Of a DNA stretch of 64,000 nt, positions 1-8,979 are shown in pieces (position 1 is the stretch's first letter; the number at the start of each line of letters is the position of its first letter). The stretch lies in the NCBI GenBank assembly GCA_028704435.1, contig JAQWFL010000011.1:2559-66558 (forward strand), in the 5' to 3' direction. Source of the stretch: Anaerostipes sp. (GTDB lineage Bacteria > Bacillota > Clostridia > Lachnospirales > Lachnospiraceae). The translations under genes and the position numbers were made by a program. The notes beneath the pieces were generated by a model. That model was not told where the DNA came from, did no database searches, and saw only the letters and a program-made list of their open reading frames with translations.

Positions 1-2127
1 TATACCTGAATTAACAAAGGTTCTTGGCATGTTATTTCTTATATGTTCATATGTAAAATCATCTTTCTTTATCAAAGATAAAATAGCTGTTTGAATGATT
101 TTCTGTATCATACTTTCTGTGTAAATTGCTCGAAGAAGTGATATATTTTCTATCATATCAGTTTCATCATTCATATACTCGTCTAGCTCTTTTTGTAGAA
201 GAACTGTTTTAATCGCAGCAATCAACTGTACTCTAATATTGTCTTTAAGATATTCTTTGTAGTCATCTGATAATTGTTCTAACGTTGCTTCGATTTTATC
301 ATTTGTACCATCTTCGGAAAATCTTACAATTGTGATTTTCTTCAATTTGCTCATGATTTCATCCAAGGATTTTGCGCCCATACCTTTAATCCCTTTTAAT
401 TCATCATATTTCATATTAATAATTTTTGATGTAGTATCGTAGCCTGCTCGTAAAAGTCCACCCAAAGTACGATTGCTAAATTCCAGTTCTTCTACTGGTA
501 CATCCTCAACATACATCCCACTTGCATCTTGAAATAATACACTTGATACATCTTTTAGAATCGTTTCTTCTACAATATAATGGAGTACCGTTTCTTTCTT
601 ATAGTTACTGTTTTCCATTTTAATAAAACTAAAATCACCTGTTGAAAGTCTATGCAAAACTGCATTAATCTCTTCTACCGATAGTTTCCCCATATTTTTA
701 AAATTGCTCAATTCTTCCTGCGACAATGCCAATAACTCTCCAGTTGTATTAATTCCATTGCGTTTTAAGCAATTAAAAGAACGCACCGATAAGCCCAATT
801 TTTCAATAGGGATAATCTTCGGTGATTCTTCTTGTGATATTATACTTTCATCCTTCTGTATATTATTCTCAGATACTGTTAATATATCAGTAGTTTCGAG
901 TGATACTTTATCACTATTAGCGAAATCCGTTGTATCTTTTACCTCCAAATACTCAATGATGACATTTTCATATTTAACACTACAAAAATCCAGTAATTGT
1001 TTAATGTAGGAAATGATATCCGTTGCACTTCTATTTGCTTCAATATATAATCCATCCGCAATCTTCTGTGGTCTAGTCATCTGTTCGATTTGATTCTGTC
1101 GTGCAATAATAAGTCTGCTACCTTTATCAACTTGAGAATCTGCAATTTCTGCGAAAATATCTGGGTAATCATCACATAGCAACTGTGCGATTTGAACATA
1201 TGCATTACTCCAGTTTTTTGCTTCATATTTTTTATCAAAATATGTAATAAACACCGGTCGGGTAAATGAATACTTTTTTTCTTTTTCAAAATCAACCCTT
1301 AGCCCATTATTCGTCAAATTAGGCTGTTCTATTTTCTTTTCTAAATCAGTAAGCTTGATATTATCATCATTGTCAGATACATCACATTCTTGATTCTCTT
1401 CTGCTATGACTGCTTCTTTTGCTTCTTCAATTGCATAATCTATTTTAGTTTCTGTTTTTACTTCTACTGTTTCCTCTTCGAAAGTTTTTATGTTAGTCTG
1501 TTGTATAGCATTAATTTCTTTCACATAAGTCAAATAATAATTAACTGCTGATTGCATATGCCCAATCTTTTTTCTATTCAAAAACCTAAATATCTTATTT
1601 GTCTCAATAAGTCTCTTTACTTCCATAATTTCAGACATTTCAACTGTTTCCAGTAATTCTTTTTTTAGAATTTTTCGTCCAATGCAATAAGAGTTAATCT
1701 CGTCATATATAGTATATAATTCTGACACTTGAGCCTGCGAAAGTTTATTCGATATCCACGTATAAAAATTTTCTTGTGTCATAACATTGTTTTCATCCAT
1801 CAATCTTGCCTCCCGCAAAATTTCATCATATGCTTTTTTATCAGTAAGATATAAATCAACTGTATTTATGAACAGTTGAGGAGCCTTACTTAATCTTCCT
1901 TCGCGATTCATAAATAAATCTTCTATTTTACTTAACTGCATTGATATTCCATTTTTGTTGCGAAATAGTTCATCGATTTCTATCCCTTTATGAATTGCTC
2001 GATTTCGCAATTCTATTGATGCAGCTTCCACCGCCTGCACCCTTGATAGTTCTCCATCAACAATTCTTGTCCAATAATCCACCAGAATTGCCACTTCTTT
2101 TTCATCCCATAAAATACGAAGTGCCAT
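1..2127 (-). CDS. Large multidomain protein (>=709 aa, runs off the left edge) with two RNA polymerase alpha-CTD-like domains, a SeqA-like domain and an N-terminal domain like those of McrA/HNH-type proteins
   Basis: Not in the ORF track because it has no stop in the window. Hand translation from ATG 2127 (GGAG RBS) gives MALRILWDEKEVAILVDYW...FRNKNGISMQL, ...RPQKIADGLYIEANRSATDII..., IPIEKLGLSVRSFNCLKRNGINT...KNMGKLSVEEI and DVPVEELEFSNRTLGGLLRAG...KGMGAKSLDEI. Confidence 0.8.
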   Translation of the reverse strand, partial: MALRILWDEKEVAILVDYWTRIVDGELSRVQAVEAASIELRNRAIHKGIEIDELFRNKNGISMQLSKIEDLFMNREGRLSKAPQLFINTVDLYLTDKKAYDEILREARLMDENNVMTQENFYTWISNKLSQAQVSELYTIYDEINSYCIGRKILKKELLETVEMSEIMEVKRLIETNKIFRFLNRKKIGHMQSAVNYYLTYVKEINAIQQTNIKTFEEETVEVKTETKIDYAIEEAKEAVIAEENQECDVSDNDDNIKLTDLEKKIEQPNLTNNGLRVDFEKEKKYSFTRPVFITYFDKKYEAKNWSNAYVQIAQLLCDDYPDIFAEIADSQVDKGSRLIIARQNQIEQMTRPQKIADGLYIEANRSATDIISYIKQLLDFCSVKYENVIIEYLEVKDTTDFANSDKVSLETTDILTVSENNIQKDESIISQEESPKIIPIEKLGLSVRSFNCLKRNGINTTGELLALSQEELSNFKNMGKLSVEEINAVLHRLSTGDFSFIKMENSNYKKETVLHYIVEETILKDVSSVLFQDASGMYVEDVPVEELEFSNRTLGGLLRAGYDTTSKIINMKYDELKGIKGMGAKSLDEIMSKLKKITIVRFSEDGTNDKIEATLEQLSDDYKEYLKDNIRVQLIAAIKTVLLQKELDEYMNDETDMIENISLLRAIYTESMIQKIIQTAILSLIKKDDFTYEHIRNNMPRTFVNSGI

Positions 2128-2171
2128 TTATTTCACTGCTCCTAACTAACAGCCATACTCATTACAAAAAA

Positions 2172-2218
2172 GAGCACAAATTCTAGTTTAGTTTACCACA
2201 TTTGTGCTCAAATCTCAA
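2172..2218 (-). promoter_or_regulatory. sigmaA promoter (TTGAGA-17-TAAACT) with a 10-bp inverted repeat around the -10
   Basis: -35 at 2213-2218, -10 at 2190-2195; GAGCACAAAT 2172-2181 / ATTTGTGCTC 2200-2209. Confidence 0.6.
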
Positions 2219-2426
2219 TATTATGTGCCCGATTTTTCAAACGGCATTGCTTAATTTTTTAGGCACCTAGCAAATAGGCGTTTTTTAATGTAAATTATCC
2301 ATCTTTAATTCATGCCAACCGGTTTTCATCTTTGGTAAGTTTGGTTGATTTTCATTATCATTCACGAATTCAAAAACCAATTTAATCACCCTCTGTATCT
2401 GTTAATACCGACTGCGATTCACACCT

Positions 2427-2615
2427 CTATCTACTAAACAACAAAATGCCAATCACAATTATGATTCCTAATGCAGGACATACCCCCATTACCAATGCCA
2501 GCAATACAAATTTCCACCAATCTGATGATGCCCCAGAATGCCCACTATTTGCGCCATGATAATCCACGAAACTATCCTGCGAATCATATTTTCCATTTCC
2601 ATTCCAATCATTCAT
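2427..2615 (-). CDS. Small membrane protein with an N-terminal DxNxNG (EF-hand-like) motif
   Basis: ORF track; DWNGNGKYD followed by a hydrophobic C-terminal segment. Confidence 0.6.
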   Translation of the reverse strand: MNDWNGNGKYDSQDSFVDYHGANSGHSGASSDWWKFVLLALVMGVCPALGIIIVIGILLFSR

Positions 2616-2645
2616 ATATCACACCTGTCCTTCCCGAATCTCATT

Positions 2646-2849
2646 TCATTTCTTTCTTGAATTCGTATAGTTAATGGCTGCTCCAAGTTTTAAAGAATCC
2701 TCAAATGTCCATTTTTTACCTGACCCTAAGCTTGCACCTAATGCTGCTCCAAATACTGTTGCTGAATCAGTTTCTCTGTTTTTATCAAATGCTCCGCCAA
2801 CACCTAATGCTGCTCCTACAATCGCATCTTTGTCTCCAAATAATCCCAT
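2646..2849 (-). CDS. Small Gly/Ala-rich hypothetical protein
   Basis: ORF track; AAGGAGG RBS; repeated GAALG motifs. Confidence 0.6.
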   Translation of the reverse strand: MGLFGDKDAIVGAALGVGGAFDKNRETDSATVFGAALGASLGSGKKWTFEDSLKLGAAINYTNSRKK

Positions 2850-2954
2850 AATAATTGACCTCCTTAAATGTATTTGTGAATCAATTGTTCTTCTAATGCT
2901 TCTTTTATATTTAGATTATCGCACCTCATCTGTACCATTATTGTGACTTGAAAC

Positions 2955-2998
2955 AAAAAAAATCTGTGATTCTCAAATTTTTAAGAATCACAGATTTT
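2955..2998 (-). terminator. Intrinsic terminator of the WYL gene
   Basis: AAAATCTGTGATTCT / AGAATCACAGATTTT hairpin with a U-tract on the minus strand. Confidence 0.75.
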
Positions 2999-3001
2999 GC
3001 A

Positions 3002-4006
3002 TTATTTTTGATATCCTTCCATCGCTTTGTGTAGTTCATTTACTATTTCCTTTTGTAAGCTTTCTGGTGACAGCACTCTAAATCTATTACAGTATTGTAA
3101 AAACCATCCTGCTAACGTAACACTACTCATTTTCATAAAGACTGCTTTACACAAACCTCCCTCTTGCTTATACACTTTGATATCTTTTCCAGCAAAGTCA
3201 TACAAAATTGCATTCGTAACAGGATCTGGTTTATATTCAACCTCTATTCGAACCGCTTCTCCTGAAAAATGGTTCACGCTTTCTTCAATATAATTCTGAA
3301 TATAACTTTCTGGATTTGGTCCTACTTTTTCTTTTGCATCAATTGCATATTCTTCTGATATACGAAGATTTAGAATGCGGTCTAATCGGTAGTGTGTCAA
3401 TCCATCATGATTATCATGAGAACCAATGAGATAATAATTGTTGCTTGCCCAATAGATTGTATAAAGGTTTAGCTTATATACTTTTCCATTTCGACGAAGC
3501 ACTTTCTCCATGTCATTTGTGATTTCAGTATATTGGAATTCAATTTTCTTATGAAGAAACATTGCCTCCAGCATCATTTCTATGTATTTCCCGATTTCTA
3601 CATCAACATCTGAGCAATCTTTTACCGGACGCATCATATGTAAAAATCTACTTCTGCCTCTGTTACTTGTCAACGATAGCAGCTTTTCTCTAATGGCAAT
3701 AGTTTCCTTCTCTGATACACATTTTGCCTGCTGAACCGCATCCATCATAATCTTGATTTCCCAATCATCAAAAGCATGTTTTTCCATATACCAACCCTTA
3801 CGCTTATCCTTGCACTGTGTAATCTGATATCCACAGTATTGAAGCATGCTGATATCTCGATAGATGGAGCGTCTATCAACATCTCCCAGAGTATATTCAC
3901 TGTCCAGTTTTTCTACTATCTGGCTTGCATTCATGGGGCTTTTATCATCAGTCGACTCCATGAGTTGAAGTACCCGAATCAACTTTTCTTTTCGTTCTGT
4001 AGCCAT
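3002..4006 (-). CDS. WYL-domain transcriptional regulator (wHTH-WYL-WCX)
   Basis: HTH VDRRSIYRDISML; WYL core NYYLIG...YRLDRI; C-terminal VLSPESLQKEI. Confidence 0.9.
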   Translation of the reverse strand: MATERKEKLIRVLQLMESTDDKSPMNASQIVEKLDSEYTLGDVDRRSIYRDISMLQYCGYQITQCKDKRKGWYMEKHAFDDWEIKIMMDAVQQAKCVSEKETIAIREKLLSLTSNRGRSRFLHMMRPVKDCSDVDVEIGKYIEMMLEAMFLHKKIEFQYTEITNDMEKVLRRNGKVYKLNLYTIYWASNNYYLIGSHDNHDGLTHYRLDRILNLRISEEYAIDAKEKVGPNPESYIQNYIEESVNHFSGEAVRIEVEYKPDPVTNAILYDFAGKDIKVYKQEGGLCKAVFMKMSSVTLAGWFLQYCNRFRVLSPESLQKEIVNELHKAMEGYQK

Positions 4007-4136
4007 AGTTAATCCTTTCCGCTCTACACTGGTCTGACATATAAATTAGCAAACTGATATTTGATGATTTTTACATTTTTTATATAGCTTGCTATATTCT
4101 GTGCTTCTCCTATCTGTTCAATTGTATAAGTGGTAT

Positions 4137-4325
4137 CTACAATCTGAAATTAAGAGTAGTGTTTACATGATTCTGTATCGCCCAATATGCAGTCTGTACA
4201 CAATCTCCATGCGCCTTGATTTCCATTCCATTAACATATGTAATCGCCCATACTATATTTTTATCATTTTTGTAAATAACCTTAAATTTCTGTCCATTTA
4301 GCTCAAACTCATCGTAATTTTCCAT
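4137..4325 (-). CDS. Hypothetical protein
   Basis: ORF track; AGGAG RBS. Confidence 0.55.
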   Translation of the reverse strand: MENYDEFELNGQKFKVIYKNDKNIVWAITYVNGMEIKAHGDCVQTAYWAIQNHVNTTLNFRL

Positions 4326-4333
4326 AATAACTC

Positions 4334-4762
4334 CTAATCCTGCATTGCTCTATGCATATTTACCTTTTGCATTTCTTCCACGCCCTTGTACAGAGTGTTA
4401 AACATTTTATCAATATTATCTATGCTAAAATTGCAAAAATCAAAATCGTCAATGTCATAACACTGTGCCATTTTCTGTATTGCATTGACCGCACGATATA
4501 ACGCTAAGTCCATTTCATAAGCATCCGAAAACAAGCCTCGAATGTTTTTGTATTGTGCCACTGTCCCAGTAAATCCATTTACATATCTAGTAACATCTGA
4601 TATGCTCTGTATTGATTGCCATTGCCTCTGTGTACGACTAGATTCTTCTTTCCATTGTCTTTTAATCTGTTTATCTGAATAAGAATTTAAATGTCCAAGT
4701 GCATTATATGATCTGTTAAATTCTTTCAGCTTGTCTTGCAAGTATTTTTGTCTATCTTCCAT
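4334..4762 (-). CDS. Hypothetical protein (start moved to MEDRQKY)
   Basis: GGAGG RBS before ATG 4762. Confidence 0.6.
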   Translation of the reverse strand: MEDRQKYLQDKLKEFNRSYNALGHLNSYSDKQIKRQWKEESSRTQRQWQSIQSISDVTRYVNGFTGTVAQYKNIRGLFSDAYEMDLALYRAVNAIQKMAQCYDIDDFDFCNFSIDNIDKMFNTLYKGVEEMQKVNMHRAMQD

Positions 4763-4948
4763 GCGAATTCCCCTCCATATACAAAGCTTATTATAGCACA
4801 GATTCATCTTCATATAAATTGAATTTGCATCTCTAATTCTATTGCACGTCCTTTATCAGAACAAATAGGCGCTAGATAAATATTTTATCTGCCAGCCTTC
4901 CACAACACCTTATACAGTTCTTCTCTAATTTTACATATTTCCAAATAA

Positions 4949-4977
4949 TGCCTTTGAATGTTGGAGATTCAAAGGCA
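4949..4977. terminator. Hairpin/terminator at the end of the conjugation-associated operon
   Basis: TGCCTTTGAAT / ATTCAAAGGCA inverted repeat. Confidence 0.5.
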
Positions 4978-5054
4978 CATAATTCATATAGTTAAATTTA
5001 ATTTGCAATACTTAGTATTCATTGCAGGATCTAATCAGTTACACCCCTCACAAA

Positions 5055-5945
5055 TTACCTTGCTTTCACTTCTTGCTTTGGTTCAGTCTTTGCCTCTGGT
5101 TTAATCGTCCGACCTTCCATCTTCTTTTCAAATACATCCGCACCATACTTCTGCTCTGGTTCTGCAACCAAAGCAGGCACTATTGATAGGTTCTCATGTG
5201 GTCGATTCATAGCCTCGTCGTATTGCTTCATCATCTTTCCAATCTCAACGTCCTTTGACAAGTTATCTACCTTATCAATTGCCGCATCCAGACGAAGTTC
5301 CATGTTAGCAAAAAGTTTCTTCTTTACCTGCCATGGTTTCTTAAACATTTCTGTTTTCAAAAATTTCTTCTCTTTTGTCGAATAGTCCACCGTATCCTTA
5401 TCTGCAAATGTTCGAAAAGTATTTGCAATCTGCTGTTTTGCTTCTCTCATTCCTTTTCCAAAAGCATCAATCTTAATAATCGTCATATCTGCTTCCTTCT
5501 GCGCTTCTTTGACATTTGTTCTAATGGTTACAAGTTTTTCCTTAATTTCAAAAAACTCAGATACCTTGTTCAATGCTTCTTTCCTTTTGCGTTTCGCCTC
5601 ATTAACGATTTGAGTGGCTTTTGTTGTAATATTCGTCTTTACTTCAAAAATCTGGTCTTTGATGATATTACAACGGTTCTCTAATCTGTCAGCAGCTTCA
5701 GATACTGCCTTCTTCAAGTTATTCATAAGCGTATCTTCCTGCATCTCTTTAATCTGCTCTCGGACTTTGGTCAGTTCCTCCGTCACACTGTCCAGTTTCT
5801 TCTCTAACCCATCCACATAGGAGCAGATTTCAAAAACCTCATTAGACTGTGACTGCATATTATTCTGTTTTAATAAATCCATTAACTCCTGAATAATTTC
5901 ATCCTTCGTCAATGGTTTCTTTTTTGTGTTTTCTGCTATATCCAT
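5055..5945 (-). CDS. Coiled-coil ICE protein (DUF6674-like)
   Basis: Heptad-rich sequence of a type common in Lachnospiraceae ICEs; GGAGG RBS. Confidence 0.6.
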   Translation of the reverse strand: MDIAENTKKKPLTKDEIIQELMDLLKQNNMQSQSNEVFEICSYVDGLEKKLDSVTEELTKVREQIKEMQEDTLMNNLKKAVSEAADRLENRCNIIKDQIFEVKTNITTKATQIVNEAKRKRKEALNKVSEFFEIKEKLVTIRTNVKEAQKEADMTIIKIDAFGKGMREAKQQIANTFRTFADKDTVDYSTKEKKFLKTEMFKKPWQVKKKLFANMELRLDAAIDKVDNLSKDVEIGKMMKQYDEAMNRPHENLSIVPALVAEPEQKYGADVFEKKMEGRTIKPEAKTEPKQEVKAR

Positions 5946-6012
5946 ACTGATATTTCCTCCATTCTTCTGATAAGGGCAGGATAAACCTGCCCCGTTTGTC
6001 TACTGTTCTTCC

Positions 6013-6699
6013 TTAGCGAAAGGGTGTTGCTTCTCTCTCCTGTGGTCTGCCAGGTGTCTGTGAAGCTTTTTCCTGTGCCTGATCCTGTGTCTGCTCTTTT
6101 GCCTTTTCATATTCATTGATGATCTGACCATAGAGCTTTTCTCGAAATTCCTTTGTTACCGGATACGCTACATCCTGATAGATTGGCTTGCCCTGTTCAT
6201 CCACCTGCTTTGTTTTATACGCTGGCATTGCCACAAAAAGTTTATCCTTTCCCTGCAATACACTGACATTGTTGACAATAAAGCTGTCATCAAAATAAAC
6301 TCTTGCAAGACCACGGATACTGCTGCCTTCTCTCTCATAAGGTGTTACAGTCACAGAAAACTCTGGCATTTCCTGTTCTGACTTTGCTGGTGTACCTTTC
6401 TCAGCATCTTTGCTAATCTCCTGCTGATATGCTTCAAGGATATTGCCATACAGTTCCTCACGGAATTCTGCTGTGATAGGATTGCAAACATCCTTATAAA
6501 TTGTGCCACCATTTTCATCTCGTTCATTGGAACGGTATCTTGGCATAGATACAAATAACTGCTCTTTGTCCTTGTTTTCTAAGATTGCAATATTTGTAAT
6601 CTTAAAAGAATCTCCAAATACAACTGTGGCAAATCCACGGATATTGCTTTCTTTTCCTTCTTTTGGTTTTACTTCATTAACCTTTACTGAATACTTCAT
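6013..6699 (-). CDS. Tandem SpoVG-domain nucleic-acid-binding protein
   Basis: Two copies of LFV(S/A)MP...Y(K/Q)DV..P(I/V)T.EFRE.LY. Confidence 0.85.
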   Translation of the reverse strand: MKYSVKVNEVKPKEGKESNIRGFATVVFGDSFKITNIAILENKDKEQLFVSMPRYRSNERDENGGTIYKDVCNPITAEFREELYGNILEAYQQEISKDAEKGTPAKSEQEMPEFSVTVTPYEREGSSIRGLARVYFDDSFIVNNVSVLQGKDKLFVAMPAYKTKQVDEQGKPIYQDVAYPVTKEFREKLYGQIINEYEKAKEQTQDQAQEKASQTPGRPQEREATPFR

Positions 6700-6742
6700 A
6701 AATGCCTCACTTCCTACCCATTCTTAACGGGTAATAAACATA

Positions 6743-7189
6743 TTAATTGGTTACATTCGCAATCTTTAAAACACACTCCAGTTTTTCGATTGCCTCTATC
6801 TGCATCCGACCATTCAGCCAGTTTGCAAGCGTAATAACAATTCCATCCTGTTCGTAATATAGAAAGTCCGCAGGAATGGGAGCTTGCTCACATTCACCCG
6901 ACTTTCTAACGACAGAATCTCCGATTCTGGAGTTTCCTGCATCTACCTCACCCTCATATAGAACCGTTACATCAAAATCCGGCATGAACATCTTTTCTTC
7001 CTCATCAAAGACACACGCCACACCTTCCCTTACGGTAATTCCCAGTGCTGGAATAAACAGATACCAGCCACTCACCTGAATCATGAAATCCTCGTCAATC
7101 TCCGCTATATCATCATCCACATCTGAAAAATCCATTTCCGCAAGCACTTCCTCAATCTCTTCAATTCGATATATCTTTTCCTGTTCCAT
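6743..7189 (-). CDS. Acidic hypothetical protein
   Basis: ORF track; coupled to the sortase stop codon. Confidence 0.6.
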   Translation of the reverse strand: MEQEKIYRIEEIEEVLAEMDFSDVDDDIAEIDEDFMIQVSGWYLFIPALGITVREGVACVFDEEEKMFMPDFDVTVLYEGEVDAGNSRIGDSVVRKSGECEQAPIPADFLYYEQDGIVITLANWLNGRMQIEAIEKLECVLKIANVTN

Positions 7190-7812
7190 TACATCGTCTC
7201 CTCATAAAGCAGACATCTGACCACAAAACGCATAGTTCCCTTCTGTGCACAGGTAAAAAGAGTCAATTCTTTTTCTTCTCCCTGGTCTTTGATACTGTTT
7301 TCATAGGGACCGACTGTATAGGAATCCGTCACAACATAAGTGAATACAGTTCCATCAGCACTCAAAATCATGACAGTATCTCCTTCTGCCAACTCACTCA
7401 AATGTGTAAAGAACTCTCCATGTCTGCTGCCATTGTGTCCTGCCAGTACACAGTTTCCTGTTTCTCCAATTCCTGCTGTCTCTGTCAGATGTCCAATTCC
7501 TTGATTTAAATTGTCAGCTGTTGCCCCTTCTATGACGGGATAACGGATGCCTAATGCTTCTATTTCCAGAATGGCAATAACATCGCCCTCTGAAAATATG
7601 GCTTCATCCGCTTCACTAATGGCGGTCTGCTCTTCTTTCTCGCCTTCTGTCTCTTCATCCTGCTTTTCCTCCACTGATTCTGTAAAATCTTCCATCAGCT
7701 TTTCTGTATTTCTAACACTGGTAAAGTGATAATAAAAAGGAATCAGTAAACAAATAATTCCTATTAAATTAAAAATACAAGCTGCTTTCTCTTTCCTGTC
7801 CATTCCAACCAC
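7189..7812 (-). CDS. Sortase (class D-like)
   Basis: N-terminal TM; GNCVLAGH and LTLFTC...R catalytic motifs. Confidence 0.9.
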   Translation of the reverse strand: MVGMDRKEKAACIFNLIGIICLLIPFYYHFTSVRNTEKLMEDFTESVEEKQDEETEGEKEEQTAISEADEAIFSEGDVIAILEIEALGIRYPVIEGATADNLNQGIGHLTETAGIGETGNCVLAGHNGSRHGEFFTHLSELAEGDTVMILSADGTVFTYVVTDSYTVGPYENSIKDQGEEKELTLFTCAQKGTMRFVVRCLLYEETM

Positions 7813-7858
7813 ATCCTTTCTAAAACAGAGAAAGCCCCGCTTTCGCAGGGCTAATACT

Positions 7859-8979
7859 CTATCTCACTTTGTTATCCGTCTGATAAGGTGTATCTCGTTC
7901 TGCTACACCCATGGTTTCTGTTTTCGTCTCTTCCTCGTCTAATCCGCCAAGATCTGCATCCACATTCTTAGCATTTTCCAGGTCAAGCTGGGCATTTAAT
8001 TCTATCTGTCTTGACAGCTTCTCCTGTAGCTCATCCTCATGGGCAAATGGCTTCTCATACTCTGCCTTAGATGCTTCCATATCATTCTCATACTGTTCGA
8101 TCTTCTTTAACAGAAAATCTTCATTCTCATGAATACCAGCAAAACTGTTTTCCAGCTTCACCATGTTTCCGACAGGACTGGTGGATAATTCCACCTTATA
8201 CTCTGTCTTTCCACGAAGAACCAGATAATTGATTCCAAGGAAGTTCTTTTCTGCCAATAGCTCAAAACCATGAAACTGTCCCACTGATGTTGTCTCCCCG
8301 GTTTTACACTTACTGATGGTTTCCAGAAGTTTTGTACCTCCGTCCACACGCTCTGTAAAGGTAAACTTTCCGATGGTAATCGCAAAATCGGGATTGCTGA
8401 TAAGCTCTGCATCTCTCGCCTTGATATCTTCCCTAACACAGACCAGCTTTTCTTTTGCTGCCTTAATCAGCTTAGGATAGCGAATCATAAAATTATCCTG
8501 CAATCCATATCGCTGATTATCGTAACTAGCTTTTAATAGTTTCAGTCTCTGGACATCATTATCTAGCTGCATCTTCTCCTTAATCAGCGGATTACCTGTT
8601 GCTACCGCCTTAATCTCTGCATAAGAAAGTGTTGCTTCATCAATATCTTCACAGCTTCGGCTGACTGCCTTACTGGTCATAACCTGACTGATGAATCGCT
8701 GCTTATTCTCCACCAGACTCCAGTTGTACGCATCGAATGTTCCCTTTGTTACATAACGGTACACAGCTATCTCATCATTCTCATTGCCCTGTCTGATTCC
8801 CCTTCCTTCTCGCTGTTCGATAGAGGAAGGCTTCCAAGGACAGTCCACATGATGAAGTGCTACTAAATGTGTCTGTACATTAACACCTGTACCACACTTA
8901 TCCGTAGAACCAATGAGCACTTTCTTTTTACCTGTTCTCATTTCCTTGAACAGTACATCTCTCTGTGCATCTGTTTTTG
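7859..8979 (-). CDS. Exon 2 of the methylase/SNF2 helicase gene (helicase C-terminal part)
   Basis: GTGVNVQ, PWKPSSIEQREGRGIRQGN motifs; in frame with exon 1 after intron removal. Confidence 0.9.

Noticed and set aside
5-14. CCTGAATTAA resembling the IS1380 terminal repeat
   Set aside because: Short match inside an open coding frame; likely chance
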